The translations under genes and the position numbers were made by a program. Shown piece by piece: positions 21,658-31,177 of a DNA stretch of 64,000 nucleotides. Position 1 is the stretch's first letter, and each line of letters opens with the position of its first letter. The stretch spans positions 54,538-118,537 of the IMG/VR virus record IMGVR_UViG_2974638963_000001. One strand, 5' to 3'. Under the pieces are notes generated by a model that was given only the letters and a program-made list of their open reading frames with translations, had not been told where the DNA came from and ran no database searches. Origin of the DNA: a virus. Lineage: Duplodnaviria > Caudoviricetes.

Positions 21658-23503
21658 AATTACAATTAGAAAGATGCGATTTGACAACTTCTTATCTTAT
21701 GGCGAAAGCAATGAGATAGACTTTGAAACAGGTCGCGTTGTACAACTTGTAGGTGCTAACGGTGCAGGTAAATCCTCAATCGCTACAGCACTAGAAGAAT
21801 GCCTGTTCAATAAAAATAGTAAAGGACTATCAAAGTCTGAACTATTCAACTGGGAACAGGATAAAAAACATTACCATCTAGAAGTTGACTTTTCAAAAGA
21901 TGGGAGCGAATACACTGTTATAAAGGACGTTAAGTCTACCACTAAACTTACACTTCTTCAAGATGGTGAAGATATAAGTGGTCATACAGCAACTCAAACG
22001 TATAAACTAATCAGTGATATATTTGGTTGTGACTTTACTACGTTTACAAAGATTGTGTATCAGTCTGTGGGGTCAAGTCTAGACTTCTTAAAGACTACTG
22101 ATGCAAAGCGTAAGGAGTTCTTAACATCTTTGTTTGATCAAGAGATATATAAAGCTCTTGAAGCAGATGTTAAGGCTGATATTAAAGTTGTAGAGAGTAG
22201 CGTAGCATCACTATCGGGGTCTATTAGCTCTACAAGCAAAATGTTAGAAATGGTTATCAAAGACAGTAAACTAACTATTCCAGAACGTGTTGAAGTACCT
22301 GAGTTTGACGATTCACAGGTTAGCGAGCGTATCGGAGAGTTAAAAGCACAGGCTACCCTAGTCTCCCATCAGCAGACTATGATCAAGAAGAAAATTGAAG
22401 CGGACAGACGTGTACGAGAAGCCCAAGAAGCTGTTGACTTGTTAACAGAACAAGTTAAAGATATTGATAACCCAAGTGAAGAAGAGCTGAATGAGAAGAA
22501 AACTAAATGGGCAGAATGTAATCATAAACTACGTGATGCAGAACTGCGTATAAAAACATTTAGTGCAGAGTCTTCTAATACTACATGCAAAACCTGTGGA
22601 TCACATCTTGATGTGTCTGCTGCACTCAATGCTCTTAACATTGCTAGAACTGATAAAGCCGAAGTTGCCGATACTGTTATTGAATTAGCAGAATCTATCA
22701 AGATTATTGAAGAAAAGCGTCAGCGTTGGGGCAAGTTAGGTCTAGCTCAAATGACGTTAAGTGCTGCACTAGAAAGTGCATCAGACTATGGTGACGTTAG
22801 TGACAACTCTATTGATTTGGATATTGGTGATATTAATGCTGATATTATTCGACTACAAAATGATGTCAAGCAAAGGAAACAAGAAGTAGAAACAGCTAAA
22901 AGTATCAATGCTGACTCAGATAAAAAGCAAGCTCTTAAAGATGCTGCACTTGATAGACTACACGTTATTGAGAAAGAACTAGATTCACTAAACGCTGAAC
23001 TAGCTGAGCAACAGGAACAATTAGCAGATCTACAACTTATAGCTAAATCACTGAAAGATATCGTTGGGTATAAGCTAGAATATAATGTTAAAGTATTTGA
23101 GGAACTTATTAATAAGTATCTATCAGATCTCACTGATGGTGTATTCGCTCTCAACTTTGAACTTAACGCAACTAAGTTAGACGTTATTATTTATAATAAT
23201 GGTCGTCAGACAAGTATGGCGTCATGTTCAACAGGTCAACAGCAAAGAATACAAACGGCTACATTATTAGCTATTCGTGCACTACTAAGCTCAGTTAATA
23301 AAGTTGATATAAATCTATTATTCTTAGATGAAGTTATCAGCTACATTGATACTCAAGGTATCGAAACATTAATAGAGGTTCTATTGAAGGAGCCAGAGCT
23401 TAATTCTTTTATAGTGTCACATGGACACTCTCATCCAATGGCAGAACAAATTGTTATTGTACAAGATGAGAATCAAGTCTCTAGACTTGTGGAATCAAAA
23501 TAA
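21650..23503 (+). CDS. D13: D13 SbcC/Rad50-like ATPase
   Basis: GANGAGKSS, coiled coil with CKTC hook, STGQ signature, LFLDE. Confidence 0.92.
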   Translation: MSKITIRKMRFDNFLSYGESNEIDFETGRVVQLVGANGAGKSSIATALEECLFNKNSKGLSKSELFNWEQDKKHYHLEVDFSKDGSEYTVIKDVKSTTKLTLLQDGEDISGHTATQTYKLISDIFGCDFTTFTKIVYQSVGSSLDFLKTTDAKRKEFLTSLFDQEIYKALEADVKADIKVVESSVASLSGSISSTSKMLEMVIKDSKLTIPERVEVPEFDDSQVSERIGELKAQATLVSHQQTMIKKKIEADRRVREAQEAVDLLTEQVKDIDNPSEEELNEKKTKWAECNHKLRDAELRIKTFSAESSNTTCKTCGSHLDVSAALNALNIARTDKAEVADTVIELAESIKIIEEKRQRWGKLGLAQMTLSAALESASDYGDVSDNSIDLDIGDINADIIRLQNDVKQRKQEVETAKSINADSDKKQALKDAALDRLHVIEKELDSLNAELAEQQEQLADLQLIAKSLKDIVGYKLEYNVKVFEELINKYLSDLTDGVFALNFELNATKLDVIIYNNGRQTSMASCSTGQQQRIQTATLLAIRALLSSVNKVDINLLFLDEVISYIDTQGIETLIEVLLKEPELNSFIVSHGHSHPMAEQIVIVQDENQVSRLVESK

Positions 23504-23985
23504 TGGCAGTTGATAGTAGAGAAAAAGGTAAACGCGGAGAAATGCAAGTCCGTGATTTACTTCGTGAAAAGACAAAACTTCAATGGGAACGAGTTCCAGG
23601 TTCAGGAGCATTTGGTGCAAACCATGCCCTTAAGGGTGATGTATACTTACCTCCAGGCACTGCACATATGAGCCTATTTTGTTTTGAGGTTAAATGGTAT
23701 AAAGATGAGCAACTAACATCTAATATCCTTAATACTGGAACATCCCAAATGGAAAAGTGGTGGGAGCAAGCAGTACGAGAAGCAGGAGAAATGAATATGA
23801 GACCTGCCCTAGTATTCAAAAAGGACAGAGGCCCTTGGCTAATTGCTCTTAGCTTCGATGATCCATCAGCATTAGCTCTGGCGGATTACCATCACTTAAT
23901 GATCTCGAAACGAGATACAGAGATTATTATAGGCGACTTCAAAACGTGGCTTGAGAACGTCTCTATCGAGGAACTAGTTAAGTAA
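23503..23985 (+). CDS. D14: D14 PD-(D/E)xK nuclease, Holliday-junction resolvase-like
   Basis: KGKRGE, GD, FEVK motifs. Confidence 0.85.
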   Translation: MAVDSREKGKRGEMQVRDLLREKTKLQWERVPGSGAFGANHALKGDVYLPPGTAHMSLFCFEVKWYKDEQLTSNILNTGTSQMEKWWEQAVREAGEMNMRPALVFKKDRGPWLIALSFDDPSALALADYHHLMISKRDTEIIIGDFKTWLENVSIEELVK

Positions 23986-24866
23986 TGAGTACAAAATCAT
24001 GGAAACAAATAAGGGACGAAGAAGTAGCGGAGTTCGAGTCTAGGAATAACTTAGTAGTTATTGACTTAGTTAACATCGCACATAGGGTATCTCAAAATAT
24101 AAAAGATGGTAAAGCATTTGCCAGAAAACTTTTAGAGGATATCAAAAGATTTGAAAAAGAATATCATGGAAGAAAAGTTATAGTCCTAACGGATAAAGGT
24201 AAATCTTCCTACCGTGTAGCTCTTTTTCCGGAATACAAAGACAACCGAAGAAAAGCACGTGAGAAGCGCAGTGAGGCTGAGCAAAGAGCACAGCGTGAGT
24301 GGTTTTCAAAATTGAAGGAAGGTATTCGTATTGTCGAAGAAACCATTAAGATATTTGGTTATGAAGGTGTTGAGGCAGATGATATGGCTGCGGTAATAGT
24401 AGACCAATACTCAGGCACTCAACTATTCGACCATATTTGGCTAATATCAACTGATGGAGACTGGGATCTTCTTCTTAAAGACGATGTATCTAGATATTCT
24501 TTCTACACCCAGCGGGAATATAAGCTTAAGGATATGTATGAAAATTCAGGAGTAGACACTCCAGAACAGCTAGCATCTCTCAAGGCTTTACAGGGAGATA
24601 GGAAGGATAATATTGATGGAGTTGAGGGAGTAGGAACTAAGCGTGGGTACGGTCTAATACGAGAATTTGGTTCAGCACTGGATATTGTAGAGGCAATCCC
24701 GCTCCCAGGAAAGCAAGCATTCATTCGTAAAGTGAATGAAAGTGCAGAACTAATCGAAAGAAACGTTCAACTCGTGGACTTAGTAAGTTTCTCTGCTGAA
24801 GCATTAGCTCATGCAGGTGTTTATAATAAATTCGTAGAAGAACTAGAGGAAATCATTAATGCGTAA
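23985..24866 (+). CDS. D15: D15 flap endonuclease / 5'-3' exonuclease
   Basis: EYKDNR, GVEADD, STDGDWD, GDRKDNIDGVEGVG. Confidence 0.93.
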   Translation: MSTKSWKQIRDEEVAEFESRNNLVVIDLVNIAHRVSQNIKDGKAFARKLLEDIKRFEKEYHGRKVIVLTDKGKSSYRVALFPEYKDNRRKAREKRSEAEQRAQREWFSKLKEGIRIVEETIKIFGYEGVEADDMAAVIVDQYSGTQLFDHIWLISTDGDWDLLLKDDVSRYSFYTQREYKLKDMYENSGVDTPEQLASLKALQGDRKDNIDGVEGVGTKRGYGLIREFGSALDIVEAIPLPGKQAFIRKVNESAELIERNVQLVDLVSFSAEALAHAGVYNKFVEELEEIINA

Positions 24867-25323
24867 TAGTATTCATCCAGTAAAAGTATTTGCAATTCGT
24901 GACGAAGTGCGTCCAGTAACAGGCTCCGCTGATGCAGCAGCTATTGATCTTCGTGTTAACTTATCAGAACGTGAACCTTATATGGTGTTACAGCCAGGCG
25001 AATCTCGTCTGGTAGGTTCCGGGTTACATATGGAAATTCCAGTAGGTTGGTGTGGAATTATCATTCCTCGTAGCGGTATGGGATCTAAAGGTTTACATAT
25101 TAAAAACGTAACAGGTCTTATTGATGCAGACTATCGTGGAGAGATCCAACTAGGCTTAGTTAACAATGGTACTGAGGAAATTATCATTGAACGTTTTGAG
25201 CGCGTATGCCAAATGGTAATTGTACCACACTACCCTCATGTAGTTGAGTTTGTAGATTCTGTTGATCAGTTATCTGAAACTGACCGGGGAACAGGTGGTT
25301 TTGGTCATAGCGGTAAGCAGTAA
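24859..25323 (+). CDS. dut: Trimeric dUTPase
   Basis: AAIDL, PRSG, GLIDADYRGE, RGTGGFGHSG. Confidence 0.96.
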   Translation: MRNSIHPVKVFAIRDEVRPVTGSADAAAIDLRVNLSEREPYMVLQPGESRLVGSGLHMEIPVGWCGIIIPRSGMGSKGLHIKNVTGLIDADYRGEIQLGLVNNGTEEIIIERFERVCQMVIVPHYPHVVEFVDSVDQLSETDRGTGGFGHSGKQ

Positions 25324-25324
25324 T

Positions 25325-25365
25325 AAAAAAACCCCAGTGGATTTTGTCCACTGGGGTTTATTTTT
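25325..25365. terminator. Bidirectional terminator between converging early and late operons
   Basis: A tract-ACCCCAGTGGA-loop-TCCACTGGGGT-T tract. Confidence 0.92.
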
Positions 25366-27643
25366 ACTTATGAAGTTCAAAAGTATCGTTAGTCAGCCAA
25401 TAGTTCTGTGTATTAACTATTGAGCCTAGCGCTTCCTCCCTCCTACCTCTTCTGATTTGCTCCTCCATAGCTGATTCCTCCTTCTCCCTTTTCAGGTTGT
25501 AGATAGAATCAATAGGCATTTCAACACGTAAGTCTATCCAAGTGTTATCCGGAATATCCACAACTTCTCCATCTTCGTAATATACAGGCTTATTATCTAG
25601 TACTTCTTTGATTCGGTAGTTCTGGAAGAGTGCAGGAGAATCTTGGTGCTGTCTATGGAAGGTTCTAACTTCGATATTACCACCTTTCAGAACTTTGGTT
25701 TTCACCCACATGATAGGTTGGTCATTCTCATCCTTAGGAACAACAACACCACCATTGATACCCCAAGCCCCATCAGAGTTAAATCCTAAGACACCCTCTA
25801 TGATGTAGTGGCCAGTACCGACCTTATTTAAGGTTACTCCTTGAGACTCCTCATTCAACTCTAGTCGGTCAGAGTACAGTTTGACGATAGGGGATGCTTT
25901 TTTAATAAAACCGTTAGCGTCCTCAGTTGTGTTTGCTGTAGTGTAAAATTCTTGCCAATCTCTCACTACATTATTAATTATTGCTCTGAATCCAACTTTT
26001 TCACTACCCGCGCCGAATCCGACTTGATACCCATACGCACTGCTCGAAGCTCCGAAAATGTTGAGTAAATGATGATTTAATCCAAAAAACGAGTCTGTTT
26101 TCGAATTTGGAGCATACATGATTGAATTTACTCTATAATCTGAGACTTTTTCCGTTGGAACATTTGTTGATGAATTTCTCCCAAAGCCAAAATCACCAAC
26201 TTGCATTAGCGTGCCAGGCGAATTCGGAATAATATGTGTTTGCCACGCACCACCCATTTCTCTACTTTTAATTACAGCTTCATTTCCACTGCCGCTTATT
26301 TGCACACCAGATCCGTTATTTCTATAGGCTGTTATTTCACCTTGATTTGTTTGTATTGAACCTGTTGCTTTTAAATTTCCACTTAATTCCCCGCCTGTTT
26401 TATCGAATTTACCATTCAACGCTGTATTAGTTGCATAGTCGCCTTTAGGTTGGAATCTACCATCCGCCTCATCCCGAGTCCACACTTCATCACTGAATGG
26501 ATAAGTTCTTGAAGGGGTAGTAGTACCACTAGCAGAACTACCAGCACGAGTTCTCAGTCTACCACTGGTATAATCTATAGATAAGTTAGCCCAGGTATCA
26601 CCAGTTTTGAATAAAAACGAAGGTGCGTATCTACTTACACCAGCTATTCCAGTGGGTTGGTCATTTCTGAAAATTGTTGATGATATTTTTCGATCACTAG
26701 TGGCATTTAAAAATTCTTGTTCATTGTTAATTCTAACAGTACTAGTACCGCCATGAAAACCATCTTGTCCTTCAACTACAGCAGGAGTACCTTTAATAGT
26801 TACACGTCCTGAACCTACTGTTGTTAAATTTAGATCACCATCGGTTTTTTCATTCCTAAATTCAAAAACCTTAGAGCCATTAGAAGTAAATCCAATATAT
26901 GCTTGCCTAGTTCCTCCTTCCATCCATGTAAAATACCCATGATTACCTGTTGCGTATTTAAATGCAGGGTTAGCACCGCCAGTACCTATAGGAATATACT
27001 TAGATAACGCCCCTAATGTAGTAGTTTCAGAGGTCTTTGCAGCAGTTTGGCTAGCTAGTGCAGCATCCTGAGACTTCTTAGCCTCAGTTTGGCTAATCTT
27101 AGCATTGGTCTCAGAAGTCTTAGCATTGGTCTCAGAAGTCTTAGCAGCAGATTGACTGGAAGCTGCAGCTGTTTGGCTAGATTTAGCCGCATTCTCAGAG
27201 TTCTTAGCATTAGTCTCGGAGGTTTTAGCCGCATCCTGACTTGCTTTGGCAGCATCCTGAGAAGTCTTAGCAGCAGTAGCCGATCCTGCTGCTGCTGTTT
27301 GACTTGAGGCTGCTGCTGTTTGACTTGAGGCTGCTGCTGTTTGACTAGCTTTAGCAGCGTTTTCTGAATTCTTAGCGTTTGTTTCAGAAGTTTTAGAAGC
27401 TGTCTGACTAGCTTTAGCCGCACTTTCAGAAGTCTTAGCATTTGCTTCAGAAGTCTTGGCAGCTTTAGCAGCATTTTCTGTGCGAGTGATTGCTTCACCT
27501 AATTCTTCCGCAGTTACTCCCTGAATAGATTTGGATAAGTTTACCACAAACTTAGGGTATTGTCCTGCTACTAACGGAATTGAGGAGTCTAACTCTGCAG
27601 CCTTCTGTAAGGTTATTCTTGTGAAAACATTATCTGTAGTCAT
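25364..27643 (-). CDS. ltf: L-shaped (side) tail fibre
   Basis: Position next to the collar gene; AKTSETN-type heptad repeats; prophage-type C-terminal module (GFIKKASPIVKL...WIDLRVEMP). Confidence 0.85.
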   Translation of the reverse strand: MTTDNVFTRITLQKAAELDSSIPLVAGQYPKFVVNLSKSIQGVTAEELGEAITRTENAAKAAKTSEANAKTSESAAKASQTASKTSETNAKNSENAAKASQTAAASSQTAAASSQTAAAGSATAAKTSQDAAKASQDAAKTSETNAKNSENAAKSSQTAAASSQSAAKTSETNAKTSETNAKISQTEAKKSQDAALASQTAAKTSETTTLGALSKYIPIGTGGANPAFKYATGNHGYFTWMEGGTRQAYIGFTSNGSKVFEFRNEKTDGDLNLTTVGSGRVTIKGTPAVVEGQDGFHGGTSTVRINNEQEFLNATSDRKISSTIFRNDQPTGIAGVSRYAPSFLFKTGDTWANLSIDYTSGRLRTRAGSSASGTTTPSRTYPFSDEVWTRDEADGRFQPKGDYATNTALNGKFDKTGGELSGNLKATGSIQTNQGEITAYRNNGSGVQISGSGNEAVIKSREMGGAWQTHIIPNSPGTLMQVGDFGFGRNSSTNVPTEKVSDYRVNSIMYAPNSKTDSFFGLNHHLLNIFGASSSAYGYQVGFGAGSEKVGFRAIINNVVRDWQEFYTTANTTEDANGFIKKASPIVKLYSDRLELNEESQGVTLNKVGTGHYIIEGVLGFNSDGAWGINGGVVVPKDENDQPIMWVKTKVLKGGNIEVRTFHRQHQDSPALFQNYRIKEVLDNKPVYYEDGEVVDIPDNTWIDLRVEMPIDSIYNLKREKEESAMEEQIRRGRREEALGSIVNTQNYWLTNDTFELHK
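27035..27470 (-). repeat. 21-bp / 7-aa tandem repeats in the tail-fibre coiled coil
   Basis: AKTSETN/AKASQTA/AASSQTA units, including exact 21-bp copies. Confidence 0.9.
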
Positions 27644-28056
27644 TATATTGTTACCCCATCATTTATGTAAACTTTACCCTCCAAAATTCTAACAGGTTGT
27701 TTATTTGGCATGGTCATTAGTATATCATAGAAGCCTACAAATCGTAGGCGCTGATTATATTTATCTCTATCTGTACTAGCAGCCTTTTCTAACAGGCTTA
27801 CTTTTTCTTTAGAAAGAGATACCGAAGCGATACCTAATTTAGGGGTTACCACTTTAGCATCAAAGTCTGTTATCTTTGTAGAAGAAGCATCTAGACCAGT
27901 CTTAATAGACCCTTTAAACGTCGCTCCAGTAATATCTATATCTACTTCTTCTGCAACCTCTCCATTAAAGCCCAAGGTTACGTCCTGAAATTTCAGGACG
28001 TAAGCAAATGGTATGTTACTATCTACTACTAAATCTAAGACTCTATTTTCAATCAT
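27643..28056 (-). CDS. Collar / fibre-attachment protein (T5 p132-like)
   Basis: Size, YDILMT...RILEGKV motif, synteny. Confidence 0.8.
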   Translation of the reverse strand: MIENRVLDLVVDSNIPFAYVLKFQDVTLGFNGEVAEEVDIDITGATFKGSIKTGLDASSTKITDFDAKVVTPKLGIASVSLSKEKVSLLEKAASTDRDKYNQRLRFVGFYDILMTMPNKQPVRILEGKVYINDGVTI

Positions 28057-28060
28057 TATC

Positions 28061-31000
28061 TTACCTTATATGAATAGACCCATTTTGTAAGTCTATCTTC
28101 ATCTTATATGTACCCTCTGGATTAGATGATAATGCAGCAGCACGGTCATATATAACGTTAATACCAGTTTGTGCAAAGAATGCCTGATCGGCAACAATTT
28201 TCTTAGATGTAATTGTACCGTCTAGAACCATGTCTCCATGTACCATAAGTGCTGGATTAGTCCATGAACTACCATTCCACTGTCTAGTGATACCTGCTTT
28301 AGGGTTAGCCGTATGATATTGGGTTAATACGTCATACTGAACAGGGGTAGAGCTAAATGTGGATTTAAAGAACGCAGTAGCATCAGCATCTGACCAGCCA
28401 GCCGCCCCTCTACCCTGTCTGTAAAACCCAGGACCACGCTGCCCGTTTGCACCCGGAGTACCATTGGTACCGTTAGCTCCAGGCTTACCATCTGCTCCAG
28501 GCTTACCATTCTTACCTGCATCTACCCAAGCGGTAGCTACATCTCCCTCCTCTAGTTTAACTTGTGATACCTTACCAAAAGTAGTTTTACCTTGGATGTG
28601 CACACCCATTGCAGCTACAGATTTAACTTCCTTATTCTGAATAGTTATAGTAGCCTTGGATACCGCAGAAGTAGCAGTACCTCTATCGTACCAAGTACCA
28701 ATATGTTGGGTTTGACCGTCTACATAAGTAATACTCATCTCACAACCAATCCTATGTCTACCGCCAGCAGTACCCTCTACAATACCGTTAGTTTCTATAA
28801 AACAGGATACAGTTACTTTCTTACCTTTAAGTAGGTTAAAGGATTCTACTGTTGGCATAAACTCAGTAGATAGCATTGAAGACTTACTTACACTAGTGTT
28901 ACTAGAGTCCACAATAACTAGATCTGTAGTACCCGTAAGCAAGTTATTATTAACGGGGTTAGCTGGTATACCACTCCACTGAATCGGAGTTGACCAACCT
29001 GTTCCTGCAACTAGTTTATTAGTTCTAGGATCTAGTGTACCCATAGAGGCATATACAGCTTCTACTGTTGGGTTATAGTTAGCTGGTGGTGTTTTAGACC
29101 AGTTAGTTGGTGGGTACTCGATACCTCCAGGAATAACTGGTTGTGTTCTAGATACTTGATAAACGTATGTAAGACCAAAACCGTCTTTACCCGGTAACCC
29201 ATTAGTACCATTAGAGCCAGGTTTACCATCCGCACCAGGCTTACCGTCTTGCCCATTATTACCATTGTTGCCTGTAAACTGTACTGGAGTTGCCCATTTA
29301 GTTCCTGAAACTAGTTTATTAGTCTTAGGATCTAGTTGACCAATCGATACATACACACACTGGGTCAATGGATTTGGTATAGCAGGAGGAGTTGTGCTCC
29401 AACCATTCGGAGGATAATCTGGTAATGTAGAAGCCACAGGTACTGTACCTTTATTACCTAGCTGGTAAATTGATACAGTACCTTTACCATCTAGACCATT
29501 ACTACCGTTACTACCAGGCTTACCATCAGACCCCGTAGTACCACTCCATTGAACTGGTTGAGAATAGTTAGTCCCAGAAACTAGCTTATCAGTAACAGGA
29601 TCTAACTGACCAGTACTTGCATAGATCTTTTGTTTAAAAGGATCTTGAATGCTAGGAGGAGTTTTACTCCATCCTGGAGGCGGATACTCTTGAGAAACGG
29701 GTATACTAGGAGCTGCGGTGTTTAGCTGGTAAATAGTAACTTGTCTGATACCAGTAATACCATCACCTATGGTAATATCCCCATTAGGTGTACCAATAGT
29801 TACTCCAGCAGACATCCAGATCTTTTCACCGTCAAACCGGATAAAACTATCTTTATTACCAACGTCAAATCTTGCAAGACCGTCCTTACCCATACCCATC
29901 CAAACACCCGATGTATCACCACCATAAGTCTTACCAGTAGAGTATATCTTAGGGTTATCTTGTCCAGTAAGGTTAGATAGAACAACACTAGCAGCGTATA
30001 TCTCATTAGAGATGATTCTACCATCAACGTTTACTGTACCAGTAACTGGGTCCATAGATATTGGAGCAACCCCTTTATCATTTAACATACCAAGACTAAA
30101 AGACCCATCCGACGCATTTAATAGGAAAGTCTGTTCCCATTTACCATTTACCTGTTTCTGACCTTTGATATGGGAATAAGTTATCTCAATACCTGTAGTC
30201 TTAGTAAATGAAGAGTCTAATGGTATGCTTGCGTTTAATGTAAAGTTAGCATTATCACTTGCGGTAGTATTCTTATCAGAAGGGCCCCACGAGATGGCTT
30301 CTACCTTAAATACTGTTGGAATTTCCCAAGGGAATCCAGTAATAATTGCTGCTTGAGTAGCACCGGTATTAACACGTGCTGCTTTAGCCCAACCAGTTTT
30401 ATCAAACTCTGCCTTAGATACATAGTACATAACGAATTCCCGGATGTTTGCACCACTACCTGCCGACCAATTCCACTTAACTTGGACGTCGTATCTTTCG
30501 TTACCGTCTAAAATTCTAGCAGCAGTAAAAGTTAGGTTAGTAGGTTTACTTGGCGGAGTAAATGCATAATTAACAACCAGGTCTGCTGGATACTGAGTCC
30601 AATCAGAGATATCAGTAGTGAAGCCGTCTGGTAGTGCAACACGTCCCCTACAACGAGCCTTGTATGTACCAGCAGGAATGTTAGCTAGTCGTACCCCTTC
30701 TTTAATCTCTCCGGAATAGATAGTTTCCCACGTTTTACCATCTTTAGATAATTGTAGTTCAACTATTTGTCCTGCCCCTTCAAAATCAACAATTAAATAA
30801 GATGTACCTACCCCAACAACTGCCGCTTCCATCTCTGCTTTATAAGATTTTATTCGTGGAGCTAGAAGAGTTGTTATATTACTAGAGTCGGATATTAAGA
30901 TACTTAGCTTATTAGCTAATAATTCAGAATCTACCATAGAATCCCAATATGCTCCTGTGACACTATATTTAGTATTAGGAGTTAATTTTTCTAGGATCAT

Positions 31001-31177
31001 GTAGAAAGTATTTAGGTCTTGTGAAGTTTGTGCTACTTCTTTATTACCTGTGGTAATCCAGAATGTCTTACCGATAGTATCTGGGTCTGTAAAAGGGGAG
31101 TGGTACACTAAAGCCTTAGTGTACCCTACCGCTATTGAACTCAGAACCATCTTTGCTGGAGATGGGTTTTTAATCAT
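28061..31177 (-). CDS. pb4: Central straight fibre pb4-like (FnIII domains, collagen-like Gly-X-Y segments, internal repeats)
   Basis: FnIII patterns, GKPGADG runs, C-terminal MKIDLQNGSIHIR, synteny. Confidence 0.85.
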   Translation of the reverse strand: MIKNPSPAKMVLSSIAVGYTKALVYHSPFTDPDTIGKTFWITTGNKEVAQTSQDLNTFYMILEKLTPNTKYSVTGAYWDSMVDSELLANKLSILISDSSNITTLLAPRIKSYKAEMEAAVVGVGTSYLIVDFEGAGQIVELQLSKDGKTWETIYSGEIKEGVRLANIPAGTYKARCRGRVALPDGFTTDISDWTQYPADLVVNYAFTPPSKPTNLTFTAARILDGNERYDVQVKWNWSAGSGANIREFVMYYVSKAEFDKTGWAKAARVNTGATQAAIITGFPWEIPTVFKVEAISWGPSDKNTTASDNANFTLNASIPLDSSFTKTTGIEITYSHIKGQKQVNGKWEQTFLLNASDGSFSLGMLNDKGVAPISMDPVTGTVNVDGRIISNEIYAASVVLSNLTGQDNPKIYSTGKTYGGDTSGVWMGMGKDGLARFDVGNKDSFIRFDGEKIWMSAGVTIGTPNGDITIGDGITGIRQVTIYQLNTAAPSIPVSQEYPPPGWSKTPPSIQDPFKQKIYASTGQLDPVTDKLVSGTNYSQPVQWSGTTGSDGKPGSNGSNGLDGKGTVSIYQLGNKGTVPVASTLPDYPPNGWSTTPPAIPNPLTQCVYVSIGQLDPKTNKLVSGTKWATPVQFTGNNGNNGQDGKPGADGKPGSNGTNGLPGKDGFGLTYVYQVSRTQPVIPGGIEYPPTNWSKTPPANYNPTVEAVYASMGTLDPRTNKLVAGTGWSTPIQWSGIPANPVNNNLLTGTTDLVIVDSSNTSVSKSSMLSTEFMPTVESFNLLKGKKVTVSCFIETNGIVEGTAGGRHRIGCEMSITYVDGQTQHIGTWYDRGTATSAVSKATITIQNKEVKSVAAMGVHIQGKTTFGKVSQVKLEEGDVATAWVDAGKNGKPGADGKPGANGTNGTPGANGQRGPGFYRQGRGAAGWSDADATAFFKSTFSSTPVQYDVLTQYHTANPKAGITRQWNGSSWTNPALMVHGDMVLDGTITSKKIVADQAFFAQTGINVIYDRAAALSSNPEGTYKMKIDLQNGSIHIR

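Noticed and set aside
27055-27498. Alternative-frame Leu/Arg/Gln-rich ORF and other antisense or shadow ORFs in the track
   Set aside because: Artefacts of repetitive or biased codon usage in real genes; no SD or promoter support.
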